Below, in pieces: positions 9,930-20,746 of a stretch of DNA of 56,566 nt. The stretch is from Promethearchaeota archaeon (GTDB taxonomy: Archaea > Asgardarchaeota > Lokiarchaeia > Sigyniarchaeales > SOKP01). The notes under the pieces were generated by a model, which searched no databases, was not told the DNA's origin, and saw nothing but the letters and a program-made list of their open reading frames with translations. The DNA lies in contig JAGXNO010000023.1 of assembly GCA_019894975.1 (NCBI GenBank), forward strand, positions 1 through 56,566, given 5' to 3'. A program made the position numbers and the translations under genes. Numbering within the stretch: the first letter of the stretch is position 1; each line of letters starts with the position of its first letter.

Positions 9930-10481
9930 GTGAATTATATGGGTAAAAAAGATGATGCACAAAAGGGATTTGTCTTTAAAATAACTGTGATTGGGGATGG
10001 CGCTGTAGGGAAGTCCTCACTAATCAAAAAATATACTCAAGGTAGCTTTAAAAAAGATTATATTAAAACTTTGGGAGCTCAGTTTTCAAAATATGATGAA
10101 GAAATCGAAGGAAATAACTGTAAATTATTTTTTTGGGATATAGCAGGCCAAAGAGAATTTGATTTCATGCGTCCGACGTTTTACAAAGGCTCAAAAGCCG
10201 CTATAATAGTATTCAGCCATACCGACGATGATAGTTTTGATCATATTCCTGAGTGGCATGAAGATATTAAAAATTATACTGGAGAACTCCCCATTGTTTT
10301 ATTCGGCAATAAAACAGATTTAATTGATGAAAATAATACAAAGGATGAGAAGACTGCTAAATTAGTAGAAGAAAGAGATTTTCTTGGTTATTACAAGACA
10401 TCTGCAAAGACAGGACAAGGTGTATTTGAAGCATTTCAGGCAATAATTAAAAAGTTATATCATAAATACAAAGACGCTTAG
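9930..10481 (+). CDS. Rab-like small GTPase
   Basis: GDGAVGKS, WDIAGQ, NKTD, TSAK. Confidence 0.93.
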   Translation: MNYMGKKDDAQKGFVFKITVIGDGAVGKSSLIKKYTQGSFKKDYIKTLGAQFSKYDEEIEGNNCKLFFWDIAGQREFDFMRPTFYKGSKAAIIVFSHTDDDSFDHIPEWHEDIKNYTGELPIVLFGNKTDLIDENNTKDEKTAKLVEERDFLGYYKTSAKTGQGVFEAFQAIIKKLYHKYKDA

Positions 10482-10484
10482 AAA

Positions 10485-10784
10485 ATGTATGATGGTATTG
10501 ACGAAAGCTATCCGAAGATATTATTCTTTTCATCGACTCACTGTGCTCCGTGTGCTCCTGTATCGGAAATGCTAAAAAGAATAAACATATCTATGTTTGG
10601 TAAAAAATTAAGAATAGAAAAAATTTCAATAGATCTTGAAGAAAATCGGCACCTTACTCAAGAATATCGGATCAGTTCAGTTCCAACATTAATAATAGCA
10701 GAAAAAAGGATATCAGTAAATATTGCAGAAGAGGAAATTATTGATGCGATTTTATACGCATTTATTTCATCAGTAAAGTTATGA
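10485..10784 (+). CDS. Thioredoxin/glutaredoxin-fold protein
   Basis: CAPC motif and SVPTL cis-Pro motif. Confidence 0.8.
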   Translation: MYDGIDESYPKILFFSSTHCAPCAPVSEMLKRINISMFGKKLRIEKISIDLEENRHLTQEYRISSVPTLIIAEKRISVNIAEEEIIDAILYAFISSVKL

Positions 10785-10852
10785 GTTATAAATTTGATTT
10801 AAAATAAAGAATAGGAAATAAGAATACTAAGAAAAGAGGAAAGTTATAAATT

Positions 10853-11332
10853 ATGGACAGACAGTTACTCTCGAAAATTTTAGCCCAAATGAGAAAGAAT
10901 TTGAAAGAGGGAAAAACGATCGGGGATATGAAGGTTGGAGCTCTTCTGGCTTTAGGACACCAACTCGAAGCGATTTTCTACTATTTAGGCCACGAGTTGG
11001 GCACTACTTTGAAGGTAAAGCAATCAAAAGATATTAATCAGATTCCTAATGATTTAAAAGATTTAATATCTCAATTCAATCTAGGTGAAATTGAAATCAC
11101 TGAAGCGACAGATGAGATAATTGAATTGAAAATGAAAGACCATTCATCTATTAAAGATCTTATCAAAAAGGGGATAAAAGCAACAGGGAGTTTTTGCTCA
11201 TTTGAAGCAGGATTATTGGCGGGGATAGTGGAAAAATTAAGTGATCGGAATTGCTTTGCTCAAGAGATTGGGTGTAGTATGGAAACTGGCGAGGATAATT
11301 GCAAATTCATGGTAATTTTTCAGACGGAATAA
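10853..11332 (+). CDS. V4R-domain (Bet3/TRAPP-fold related) protein
   Basis: CSFEAGLLAGIVE...EIGC......CKF V4R signature. Confidence 0.85.
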   Translation: MDRQLLSKILAQMRKNLKEGKTIGDMKVGALLALGHQLEAIFYYLGHELGTTLKVKQSKDINQIPNDLKDLISQFNLGEIEITEATDEIIELKMKDHSSIKDLIKKGIKATGSFCSFEAGLLAGIVEKLSDRNCFAQEIGCSMETGEDNCKFMVIFQTE

Positions 11333-11495
11333 AAAATATTAGTAAATTTTTAATCTTTCGAAAGACTGATATGGTCGAAATTAACTTTATTCTAAATATA
11401 ATATGTTCATGAGAGTGAAGAAGAAAATTATTAATATGTATAAACTATATTGAATATAATAGAAAATATTAAGATTCGAAATTATGTGATATACC

Positions 11496-12023
11496 ATGGC
11501 GAATAGTGACTATACTATTAAAATTGTGTTGCTTGGCGAAGCGGGAGTAGGTAAAACTTCACTCGTTTACCAGTTTATGGAAAAAAAATTCCGAGATAAC
11601 TATAAACAAACCTTGGGTGTAAATCTTCTGAAAAAAGATATGCACATCGAGGGATATGGCAGTGTGTCAGCTCAAATTTGGGATCTTGGAGGGCAAGAAC
11701 CTTTTAAAGCATTAAGGAAACTTTATTTAGAAGGTGCTAATGGAGGATTAGTAATTTTTGATTTGACTGAAAGTAAATCCTTTGATAAACTCCCGGAATG
11801 GATTGAAAGTTTTAAAAATGCAAGAGGGGAACAACCTTTATTATTAATAGGAAATAAATCTGATTTAGGAAATACAATAAAGATAAAAGAAAAAGAAGCA
11901 GGTAATTTTGCCAAGAACAACAATATGGAATTAATTATTACCTCTGCAAAAACTGGCCAAAATGTTGAGGAAGCATTTATTAAGTTAACTAAACGTATTT
12001 TAGATAATTTGAGTAATAGATAG
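11496..12023 (+). CDS. Rab-like small GTPase
   Basis: GEAGVGKT, WDLGGQE, NKSD, TSAK. Confidence 0.93.
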   Translation: MANSDYTIKIVLLGEAGVGKTSLVYQFMEKKFRDNYKQTLGVNLLKKDMHIEGYGSVSAQIWDLGGQEPFKALRKLYLEGANGGLVIFDLTESKSFDKLPEWIESFKNARGEQPLLLIGNKSDLGNTIKIKEKEAGNFAKNNNMELIITSAKTGQNVEEAFIKLTKRILDNLSNR

Positions 12024-12250
12024 TTGTTTGATTAGCAAGAATTTCTTTTTTCATTATTTTTTATATAAAAATACTATAATTATAATATCCTTACCATCAA
12101 AATTTAGTGATTTTAGGCTCATCAATATTTTATATCTACCACCTTTATAAAGGAAGATTTATTTAAATACAAATAACATAAGAACCATACAAAGTAGAAT
12201 ATTTTTTTATTTCTCAATTTTAAAATCCCAATTATCACCCTAAGATTATT

Positions 12251-12931
12251 ATGTCAAAAGAAGATAGTAAATTTGAAGAAAAAGATGAGGAGGCTTTTGA
12301 GGAGGGGGAGGAAAAGCTAGATGGTAAATACGATTATGAAACAGACTTAGATTACAAGATAGAAAATGTAGTCGCGACGGTTGTTGTTGAGATTACCGAA
12401 AAAATAGACCTTAATCAAATTGCAAGACGCCATGCGGATGTAGAATATAATCCAGAACGTTTCCCAGGACTGGTAATGAGAATTGAAAAACCTCGAGCCA
12501 CAATTCTAATTTTCTCAACAGGAAAAATGGTTGTCACAGGATTGAGACAAGCAGCAGAAGCCGAAAGAGTGGTTGATAAAGTCGTAAAGAATATCAGGAA
12601 GGCAGGGATAAAAGTATCTAATCCTGTAATTACTATTCAAAATATTGTAGCCTCTGGTGATCTTCACACAAATATAGACTTAAACATGGCAGCTATCGTT
12701 ATGGAATATGCTATGTATGAACCCGAAGTGTTTCCCGGATTGATTTACCGTATGCAAGAACCTAAAACAGTTTTCTTAATTTTTAGCACTGGAAGGATAG
12801 TGTGTACAGGTGCTAAACGAAGAGATATTGTAAGAGACGCAGTTTTGAAGTTAAATCAACAAGTTCGAGACCTTGGAGTGGCTAAAAAGGATATCGGAGA
12901 CTCTGAGTATCAAGATATTACTTTTATTTAA
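12251..12931 (+). CDS. tbp: TATA-box binding protein with acidic N-terminal extension
   Basis: Two TBP repeats: YNPERFPGL..LIFSTGKMVVTG and YEPEVFPGL..LIFSTGRIVCTG. Confidence 0.97.
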   Translation: MSKEDSKFEEKDEEAFEEGEEKLDGKYDYETDLDYKIENVVATVVVEITEKIDLNQIARRHADVEYNPERFPGLVMRIEKPRATILIFSTGKMVVTGLRQAAEAERVVDKVVKNIRKAGIKVSNPVITIQNIVASGDLHTNIDLNMAAIVMEYAMYEPEVFPGLIYRMQEPKTVFLIFSTGRIVCTGAKRRDIVRDAVLKLNQQVRDLGVAKKDIGDSEYQDITFI

Positions 12932-13017
12932 TTTTTTTATTCTTTTTCTTATTTTTATTAAACTAAATGAGATTACTCGTTTAATTTTAAATTATTTAGA
13001 GTGAGAGTCTGCTTATT

Positions 13018-13353
13018 TTATACTACTTTTTTGCTATTAATGGCATCAATTGAGTTAAGGTATTCATTATATAACGTGTTCAGTAAATTAAACTCCTTAG
13101 CTTTAGTAAGAGCGAAAAGAAGTAACTGATTTAAACTAACTTCGTTATTAGAATCATAAATATCTTCGATTTTTAAGAGATCGCTATGTTGATCAAGAAA
13201 ATTGCACAAAATATACCTATTTTCTTTTCTCATATTAACTTTATTCAGAGTACCATACATTCGGAAAATCAATGGAGCTTGAAACTTTACATTATTATTT
13301 CGGAATGAACGCAATTCTTTAAGATTTTTATATCTCTCTATATGAGCCGACAT
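13018..13353 (-). CDS. Hypothetical protein
   Basis: 111-aa non-overlapping ORF with ATG start. Confidence 0.6.
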   Translation of the reverse strand: MSAHIERYKNLKELRSFRNNNVKFQAPLIFRMYGTLNKVNMRKENRYILCNFLDQHSDLLKIEDIYDSNNEVSLNQLLLFALTKAKEFNLLNTLYNEYLNSIDAINSKKVV

Positions 13354-13469
13354 AAATAAATAATTTAAAATCTCATTATTGAAAAGGAGTATTATTTGGA
13401 TATTATCAATTTTTTTATGCAGAATAGTTTAATCCTTTAAACTGCTATTGAGGGTTCTTCTTGGGTTCT

Positions 13470-14111
13470 TTATATATTTATATAATATACATCCTGATTG
13501 GAGTTGTAACCTACAATTTTGTTTTTTACGAGTGTTTCAAGCACACTTTTTAACCATTTTGTATTTGTATTGATAGAATTTTTGATTACGTCAAATCTAA
13601 GTCCATCATTAACAGCTAATAAAAAGAGAATTTTACTTTTAACCGGTAATTGGTCTGAATTTTGTATTTTCTTAAATCTTTCCTCGATATCATATTCTTT
13701 TGTTCTTAATAAAGCAACATCATTACTTAATTTCGTAATGACCGCATCAGTAGTCTGGAATGCATCCAAGCTAAATTTAAAAAAGGCTTCTAACTGGCCC
13801 CTTAGCACTTCCTCTTGTAATTCCTTATCAATTTCTTTATTGAATTCCTCGAGGAGCTCTAAATAATCATTCCCATCATCAAGAGAAGAAGGTCTTAAAA
13901 CTAAGACTATAATCATTTCTTTTAGTTCATTATAGTAGGAAACGGAGTTCCACTGTTTTTCTTCTGTAATTATATGGGATTCGGTAAAATTATGCGATAT
14001 TGTTATTTGTTGAACAATTGGGTCTGGAATTTCTAGATCTTCAGGGTATCTCATGTAAATGGTTCCACCGATAACATCGTCCCATTTTATTAAAAAAATA
14101 CCCGCCGGCAT
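13470..14111 (-). CDS. uDENN/longin-like N-terminal domain fused to a C-terminal winged helix
   Basis: N-terminal LIKWDDVIGGTIYMRYP matches the uDENN/longin start pattern; C-terminal KILFLLAVNDGLRFDVIK...VLETLVKNKIVGYN is wHTH-like. Confidence 0.6.
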   Translation of the reverse strand: MPAGIFLIKWDDVIGGTIYMRYPEDLEIPDPIVQQITISHNFTESHIITEEKQWNSVSYYNELKEMIIVLVLRPSSLDDGNDYLELLEEFNKEIDKELQEEVLRGQLEAFFKFSLDAFQTTDAVITKLSNDVALLRTKEYDIEERFKKIQNSDQLPVKSKILFLLAVNDGLRFDVIKNSINTNTKWLKSVLETLVKNKIVGYNSNQDVYYINI

Positions 14112-14340
14112 TATGGATTATTTTAGAATTTGTTTTATTTTATTTCTAAGTATGCTCTAAGAAAAATAACCTTATTAATAAAATAATAACATTTATTAAT
14201 AAAAATTTAGGTGTTCTTGATCTATTCTGTCAATTAAAATATCACTACATTATAACAGATAATAAAAATTTAATCAGATAGAGAAAGATTATCTAAAAAA
14301 ATAAATAGACCAATGGTAATTTGTCACTTAGTGAGATTAT

Positions 14341-14607
14341 TTGAATGTCTATTATGTTTATATCTTAGAAACGATGGCAACCAATGGGAAGAAAAGGTAT
14401 TATACGGGATATACTAACAACTTATATAGAAGATGGAATGAACATCGAAGTGGGCAGGGGGCAAAATTCTGTCGGGGAAAAAAATCTATTGATTTAAAAT
14501 ATTTTGAGACGTTTACCACTAGAAAGGAAGCAATGAGAAGAGAATTAGAAATAAAAACTTTTTCAAGAAAGCAAAAGAGAGAGTTAATAAATAGTATTTT
14601 TACTTAA
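14341..14607 (+). CDS. GIY-YIG nuclease, UPF0213-like
   Basis: YYVYIL...YYTGYTNNLYRRWNEH...EAMRRELEIK. Confidence 0.9.
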   Translation: MNVYYVYILETMATNGKKRYYTGYTNNLYRRWNEHRSGQGAKFCRGKKSIDLKYFETFTTRKEAMRRELEIKTFSRKQKRELINSIFT

Positions 14608-14626
14608 ACATGAATAGAGGTAAATA

Positions 14627-15439
14627 GTGGTAAACAAAAACTTTATAGTCTGCTTAGCAGGATTACCCGCATCAGGTAAAACAACTTTTGCTAAGATACT
14701 TAGAGATATTATTAAAAAGAAGTTCAATACGGAAAAGGTTTTTACTATTGATCCTGATGTTATTCGACAATCGATAATCCCTATCAAATTCGATTATAAA
14801 TTTGAGCCTGAAGTAAGAATTAAAAATTTAACAGAAATAAGAGTAAAATTACATGAGGGAAATATTGTAATTAGTGACGATTTAAACTACTATACTAGTA
14901 TGAGACACGATTTAAAGAAACTATCAGAAGATTTTAATATATGCCTCTTCATAATACATATCTCTACTCCTCTTAAAATTTGTTTAAAATGGAATAAAGC
15001 AAGAGGAAAACCTATACCAAATAAAATTATCAGAAGAATTAATAGGAAATTTGACAATTTTTACAAATATAATTGGGATAATCCTGAAGTTAATTATGAT
15101 ATGTCTCAAATACAAGATTTAAATAAAAAAGTTGAGAATCTTGTTGAAAAATTCATGGAAAGTGTAAATCACCCAAAAAAGGTAATCGAATCAGAAGGAA
15201 AAGCAAAAATAGAATTAAATATCGAAAATGAAAATCTAGATAAAATTACACGTGAATATGTAGGAAAACTTTTTCTAGATTCTAAGCTTTCAACCATGAA
15301 AAAATCCATTTTAAAGGCAAGGAAATTTTTTATAAAACTCAACAAAAATAAAAATTTAAAAGCTAATGAGATTCCAATAGCTTTTAGAGACTACTTAGAA
15401 GAAAGATTGGATATCTCAATTCCGAGGGACATTTTCTAA
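14627..15439 (+). CDS. pstK: L-seryl-tRNA(Sec) kinase (PSTK; Kti12-related family)
   Basis: GLPASGKTT P-loop, DDLNYYTSMR and NKARGKPIP...KFD...YNWD, as in archaeal PSTK. Confidence 0.8.
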   Translation: MVNKNFIVCLAGLPASGKTTFAKILRDIIKKKFNTEKVFTIDPDVIRQSIIPIKFDYKFEPEVRIKNLTEIRVKLHEGNIVISDDLNYYTSMRHDLKKLSEDFNICLFIIHISTPLKICLKWNKARGKPIPNKIIRRINRKFDNFYKYNWDNPEVNYDMSQIQDLNKKVENLVEKFMESVNHPKKVIESEGKAKIELNIENENLDKITREYVGKLFLDSKLSTMKKSILKARKFFIKLNKNKNLKANEIPIAFRDYLEERLDISIPRDIF

Positions 15440-15537
15440 TTCAATATTATAAAAATTAAAGGAAAAGAAAATAAAGCATAAATACTTTAATCACTTGTGT
15501 TTACATAGCTAATTTTAATTAATTATTCCTATAGATT

Positions 15538-17823
15538 TTGAAAATGACAGAAGAAAGAAACATAAAAGAAACAACCAAATTAAGAATCGAAAGGCTTGCA
15601 AAAGGTCGAAGTGGTCGTTCTCTTTGTTATATTGATCAAGATGTAATGTTTAACTTAGGGCTTAATACGGGAGACATCATTGAAATAAGAGGAAAAAAGA
15701 AGAGTACGGGTATTGCTGTTTCGAGTGCTGATGATAAAGGTAAGGGGATTATAAGATTAGATGGACTTCAGAGACTTAACGTGGGGGCAACTATTGGAGA
15801 ATTTGTTTCAGTTAAGTTAACAGAAGTATGTCCTGCTATTGAAATTGTATTAACCCCTACAAGACCTAATATTGATTTAAAGAGACAGGCAGATGCAATT
15901 AAGAGTAAATTAATTGATAAACCATTAGTAATTGGAGATATAGTTGATGTTTATGGAACATTTGTTCAAAGAGAAGACAGTGATAATCCAATGTCAGATA
16001 TTATGAAAATGTTCCAATTAGGTTCGAAAAAAAGAGCAACATTAGGAACACTAAGATTAATTGTTGAGAACCTGAAACCCTCAGATAGAGTGGTTAAAAT
16101 TACTCGTGATACAATAATAAAGGTAAATAAAAGGGTTGCTGTTTTAAATGTCTCAGGTGGTGTTGTTACTTACGATGATGTTGGAGGGTTAACTGATGAG
16201 ATTCAAAGAATTCGGGAGATGGTTGAATTACCTCTGAAGCATCCTGAGTTATTTCATCGATTAAATATTGATCCCCCAAAAGGAGTCTTATTCTATGGTC
16301 CATCGGGAACAGGGAAAACATTAATGGCAAAAGCTGTATCTCAAGAATCACACGCTAATTTTATTACTATAAATGGTCCAGAAATAATGAGCAAATTTTA
16401 TGGAGCAAGTGAAGGCAGACTTCGCGAGATTTTTAGAGAAGCTGAGGAAAACGCCCCATCAATTATATTTATTGATGAAATTGATTCAATTGCTCCAAAA
16501 AGAATGGACACCTCAGGAGAGGTTGAAAGACGTGTAGTTTCTCAATTGCTGTCATTAATGGATGGTTTACAAGGTAGAGGTGAAATAATTTGCATAGGTG
16601 CTACAAATCGAATTAACTCTTTAGATGAGGCGTTAAGAAGACCTGGCCGATTTGATAGAGAGATTGAATTTGGTGTTCCTAATGTAAAAGGAAGAAAAGA
16701 AATTTTCCAAATCCACACCAGAGGGATGCCTTTAGAAGAAGATGTAAATCTAGATGAATACTCTGAGACAACTCACGGATTTGTTGGTGCTGATATTATG
16801 GCAATATGTAGAGAGGCTGCCATGTTTTCATTAAGAAGAATTTTACCTAAAATTAATTTAGATGAACCTATCCCTGGGGATGTAATTCAAGAATTAAAGA
16901 TTAAAGATGAAGATTTTTTAAAAGCATCCAATATGGTTGAACCCTCAGCTATGCGTGAAGTAATGATTGAAATTCCCAATTGCTCCTGGGAAGACATCGG
17001 GGGATTGGATGAGATTAAGGGAGAATTACAAGAAGCTGTTGAATGGCCTTTAAAATACCCTAAGCTATTTGAAAAAGCAGGAATACGTCCTCTAAACGGT
17101 ATTCTTCTTTTTGGTCCACCCGGATGTGGAAAAACACTTCTTGCAAAAGCAATTGCTACCGAAAGCAAATCAAATTTCATAGCAATTAAAGGTCCGGAGA
17201 TTTTTTCCAAATGGGTTGGAGAAAGTGAAAGAGCGGTAAGAGAAATTTTTCGTAAAGCACGACAAGCAGCTCCTTCAATTATATATTTTGATGAAATTGA
17301 TGCAATAACGGCGGGAAGAGGATCCCATGAAAGTACACACACTTTTGCTTCAATAGTTAATCAAATTTTGGTAGAGATGGATGGTATTGAAAAAAGAAAG
17401 GGAATAGTGACTATTGCAAGTACGAATCGCCCAGATATTGTCGATCCTGCTTTCTTAAGACCAGGAAGATTTGATCGCTTGATATATGTTAAGGAACCAG
17501 ATTTCGAAGCAAGATTGAAAATCTTGGAAGTTCATTCAAAAAATATGCCTTTAGCTGAAAATGTATTACTAAAAGAAATTGCTCAAAGTACTGTGGGTTA
17601 CAGTGGTGCTGATTTAGAAAATGTATGTCGTGAAGCAGGTATGGAGGCAATTAGAGAAAAAATGGAGACTTTGGATAAGATAGAAAAGAAACATTTTGAA
17701 TTTGCTTTATCAAAAATTAAATCAACATTGCCTAAAGAAATAACTGAAAGATATGAAAGTATCGCTAAACAGATTACAGAATCCAGAAATTTAACTGAAT
17801 CGAAAGCAGATTTCTACAAATAA
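15538..17823 (+). CDS. cdc48: Cdc48/VCP-family AAA+ ATPase
   Basis: N-domain plus two AAA modules ([16 protein letters not shown]; RPGRFDR twice). Confidence 0.95.
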   Translation: MKMTEERNIKETTKLRIERLAKGRSGRSLCYIDQDVMFNLGLNTGDIIEIRGKKKSTGIAVSSADDKGKGIIRLDGLQRLNVGATIGEFVSVKLTEVCPAIEIVLTPTRPNIDLKRQADAIKSKLIDKPLVIGDIVDVYGTFVQREDSDNPMSDIMKMFQLGSKKRATLGTLRLIVENLKPSDRVVKITRDTIIKVNKRVAVLNVSGGVVTYDDVGGLTDEIQRIREMVELPLKHPELFHRLNIDPPKGVLFYGPSGTGKTLMAKAVSQESHANFITINGPEIMSKFYGASEGRLREIFREAEENAPSIIFIDEIDSIAPKRMDTSGEVERRVVSQLLSLMDGLQGRGEIICIGATNRINSLDEALRRPGRFDREIEFGVPNVKGRKEIFQIHTRGMPLEEDVNLDEYSETTHGFVGADIMAICREAAMFSLRRILPKINLDEPIPGDVIQELKIKDEDFLKASNMVEPSAMREVMIEIPNCSWEDIGGLDEIKGELQEAVEWPLKYPKLFEKAGIRPLNGILLFGPPGCGKTLLAKAIATESKSNFIAIKGPEIFSKWVGESERAVREIFRKARQAAPSIIYFDEIDAITAGRGSHESTHTFASIVNQILVEMDGIEKRKGIVTIASTNRPDIVDPAFLRPGRFDRLIYVKEPDFEARLKILEVHSKNMPLAENVLLKEIAQSTVGYSGADLENVCREAGMEAIREKMETLDKIEKKHFEFALSKIKSTLPKEITERYESIAKQITESRNLTESKADFYK

Positions 17824-17948
17824 ATTAGATTTTTATTAATTTACTCTCTCATTTAATCTTTTTAATTTATTATTAAATCAATAGTCAATTGTTTAATCTT
17901 AAATAGTTCATTATCTAGCTTATGATCAAATAAAGATAAAAGCTAAGT

Positions 17949-19088
17949 ATGAAATTAGTAAATTCTCAAAAAGACAGGTTGGTTTATCTTTTACAGAAAT
18001 TAGTACAGATTCCGACAGAGAATCCCCCGGGGAAAACTGAAGAAGTAGTAGAGTTTTTAATTACAGAAGTTTTCAAGGAAGAAGAAGGATTTCATAATGA
18101 AGTAGTAACTCATCTTAAAAACAAAATTAAGCTTCATAATCTTATTACTAGAATTGGATCGGGGAAAAAGAAAATAATACTCTCAGGTCATTTTGATGTA
18201 GTCCCAGTGGGTGATTCATCTAAATGGGATTATCCGCCATTCTCCGCGAGAATTATAGATGATAAATTATATGGTCGTGGATCTGCTGATATGAAAGGGG
18301 GAATTGTTTCATTAATTGGGACTTTGAAATCCTTGAGTAGAGAAAAAAAGTTTTTAGAAAATTATGAGTTAATATTCCTTGGAACTGCTGATGAAGAAGC
18401 TGGAATGTCAGGTTCCCTAACACTAACGAACAAAGGAATTATTAATGATGCAATTTTGTTAATAATCGGTGAACCAACCGGCCTTAACATTGGTATCGCT
18501 GAAAAAGGAGTTTTGTGGGTTAAATTAAAACTTTATGGTAGGGCTGCCCATGGATCTATGCCTGAAGAAGGAATAAATGCAATTGAAGGAGCCTTGAAGA
18601 TCATTCCAAAATTAGGAAAATGTTTAAGAGATTTCAATAATCCAGTTTTAGGATCATCTTCAATTAATATTGGTAAAATTAAGGGTGGTAATAAGATAAA
18701 TGTAGTACCAGATTATACTGAATTAGAAATTGATTTTAGAATAATACCTGAACAAAACGTGGGGGATCTAATTAATAGCCTAAAAATGATTGATCCTGAA
18801 CCATTCAAAATGGATATCGAAATATTAAATAACCTTCCAGCATTACAATCAGATTCAAAACACCCCTTTATTAGGAATCTGAAAAGAATAAGCAATATGG
18901 AATTAATAGGATTGCCGTATGCTACAGATTTAGCTAAGTTCATTACAACAGATAATCCCGTTCCGTTTGTAATTTATGGTCCAGGAAATCCAAATGATGT
19001 TCATAAAATAAATGAGTCAATTTCTTTAAACCAAATATTTTTGGCAACAGAATCCTTAACAGATGCGCTCTTAGAGACTTATTTATAG
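17949..19088 (+). CDS. M20 metallopeptidase (ArgE/DapE-like)
   Basis: GHFDVVP, GRGSADMKGG, DEE, GEPT and C-terminal His. Confidence 0.9.
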   Translation: MKLVNSQKDRLVYLLQKLVQIPTENPPGKTEEVVEFLITEVFKEEEGFHNEVVTHLKNKIKLHNLITRIGSGKKKIILSGHFDVVPVGDSSKWDYPPFSARIIDDKLYGRGSADMKGGIVSLIGTLKSLSREKKFLENYELIFLGTADEEAGMSGSLTLTNKGIINDAILLIIGEPTGLNIGIAEKGVLWVKLKLYGRAAHGSMPEEGINAIEGALKIIPKLGKCLRDFNNPVLGSSSINIGKIKGGNKINVVPDYTELEIDFRIIPEQNVGDLINSLKMIDPEPFKMDIEILNNLPALQSDSKHPFIRNLKRISNMELIGLPYATDLAKFITTDNPVPFVIYGPGNPNDVHKINESISLNQIFLATESLTDALLETYL

Positions 19089-19108
19089 TACATTTTTAAT
19101 ACGTAGAA

Positions 19109-20731
19109 TTAATAAAATTCTTTTATAAATTTTCTTCGAAAGGAGTCAGGATTTATACCATCTTTCAGTATAAAATCTTCGGTTTTCCTATAAAGCTCTA
19201 ACATCATATCGTATAACTCTTTATACTTGATATTAGGAAGGATTACATCAGAATGTTGTATATTTATGAAGTTGTTTATAATCTCACTCCAATTTTTACT
19301 ACTGTTTTTATTTTCATAATAAGATTTAGCACTTCTTAATGCCGCACCTAAAGCAGCAGAGTTCGTAACTTCAAAGTACCTTACTTTAGTATTAAATACA
19401 TCTGCGGCAACTTGTAAAATTTCTCTATTGACTGAAGCACCTCCGGTAGCGTAAATTTCATCTGGTTTTTCTTTAATCCACTCGGAATGTAATCGCATAG
19501 ACAGGAATTGGCATTCAATTATAGCTCTTATATTTCCTTCTAAATCATCTTTTTCCAATCCAAACCTGTATACTTTAGGTCCTAATACTAATGGTACTAT
19601 TTCAGGATAAAAGTAAGGTAGAATAATCTTGCCATAATTACCCGGAGGTGTTGCCTTTAGAACCTCTGAAAACTGAGCCCAATTTAAACTGAATTTTTCT
19701 TTAATGTTTTCTCTCGCTAATGAGCCATTTTTAAAGCATATCAAACTCATGTAATCTCCGGTGGGTGCACCAAAAACAATACCTTCCCCGTTTAAATCTA
19801 GCCTTAGCTTTTCCATATAACTAAAATATGTGTCGCTTGTTCCTAAACTTATAGCCACTTTACCTTTACCAATAACACCTGTACCTATTAAGCTGTTTGG
19901 ATTATCTCCAGACCATGTTATTAGAAGTGTTTCCGGATTAAATTCGTATTTTTTAATGAAATATGGGGAAATTCTACCAATTACATCGTATGAGTTTGAA
20001 AGGTTAGGAAGTTTTTTATTTAACAAGGGTGCTGTAGCTTCTAGAGCCCTATTGTCCCATTGTTTGGTTTCTATGTTCATTAAATTCATCCCTGATCCAT
20101 CACCGTGATCGATAGGGGCATTTTTTCCAAGTAAAATTGAAGCCATAAAAGAACTTACTAAGTGTATAACCGAAGTTTCTCTGTATTCTGTTGGATTTTC
20201 TTGATAAAACTTGCGTATCTGTGGACCTGAAAAACGTTCAAATGTATTTGATCCCGTTATTTTTATCGTTTCTATCATACCACCTAAAACGTTGCGGATT
20301 TCTTCACATTGTTTTGAAGTGCTTGAATCCATCCATATTGGGGAAGATTTGCGTGTGAAACAAACTCTAATCTGATCAACGATGAGTTCATTCGGATCTA
20401 GGTTTTCAAGTTTTTTCTCGAATTTATCATTTAAATACACAGTACCATGTTGTTGACCTGAGCCAGAAATTGCTTTTATCTCCTGTAATTGGATTTTTAT
20501 TCCTTTCATCAAACCAAAAAGAATATCTAATGCTTCAATCCACATTAAAGGGTATGAATGTATTACCTTATCATCGCTAGAGGGGATAATGCCATTTTCT
20601 GTGTGATATTGAGGTAACTCTCTATCATAATTAATACTGTGCTCATATATGATTTTCTTTGAATTAAAATTGATTAATATAGCAGTTAAACTCTGAGTTG
20701 AGCAATCTAAACCGAGAAAATAGTCAACCAT
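19109..20731 (-). CDS. xylB: Xylulokinase, eukaryotic XYLB-like FGGY kinase
   Basis: GLDCSTQS, SGSGQQHG, PIWMDSST, ERFSGPQIRK, GDNPNS, SLGTSDT. Confidence 0.85.
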   Translation of the reverse strand: MVDYFLGLDCSTQSLTAILINFNSKKIIYEHSINYDRELPQYHTENGIIPSSDDKVIHSYPLMWIEALDILFGLMKGIKIQLQEIKAISGSGQQHGTVYLNDKFEKKLENLDPNELIVDQIRVCFTRKSSPIWMDSSTSKQCEEIRNVLGGMIETIKITGSNTFERFSGPQIRKFYQENPTEYRETSVIHLVSSFMASILLGKNAPIDHGDGSGMNLMNIETKQWDNRALEATAPLLNKKLPNLSNSYDVIGRISPYFIKKYEFNPETLLITWSGDNPNSLIGTGVIGKGKVAISLGTSDTYFSYMEKLRLDLNGEGIVFGAPTGDYMSLICFKNGSLARENIKEKFSLNWAQFSEVLKATPPGNYGKIILPYFYPEIVPLVLGPKVYRFGLEKDDLEGNIRAIIECQFLSMRLHSEWIKEKPDEIYATGGASVNREILQVAADVFNTKVRYFEVTNSAALGAALRSAKSYYENKNSSKNWSEIINNFINIQHSDVILPNIKYKELYDMMLELYRKTEDFILKDGINPDSFRRKFIKEFY

Positions 20732-20746
20732 GGTTTTTATAAACCC

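Noticed and set aside
11356-11367. Palindrome TCTTTCGAAAGA between the V4R and Rab genes
   Set aside because: Short and AT-rich, single occurrence; chance is likely
14341-14607. GIY-YIG gene as a homing endonuclease or mobile element
   Set aside because: Minimal stand-alone UPF0213-type domain with no intron, intein or repeat context
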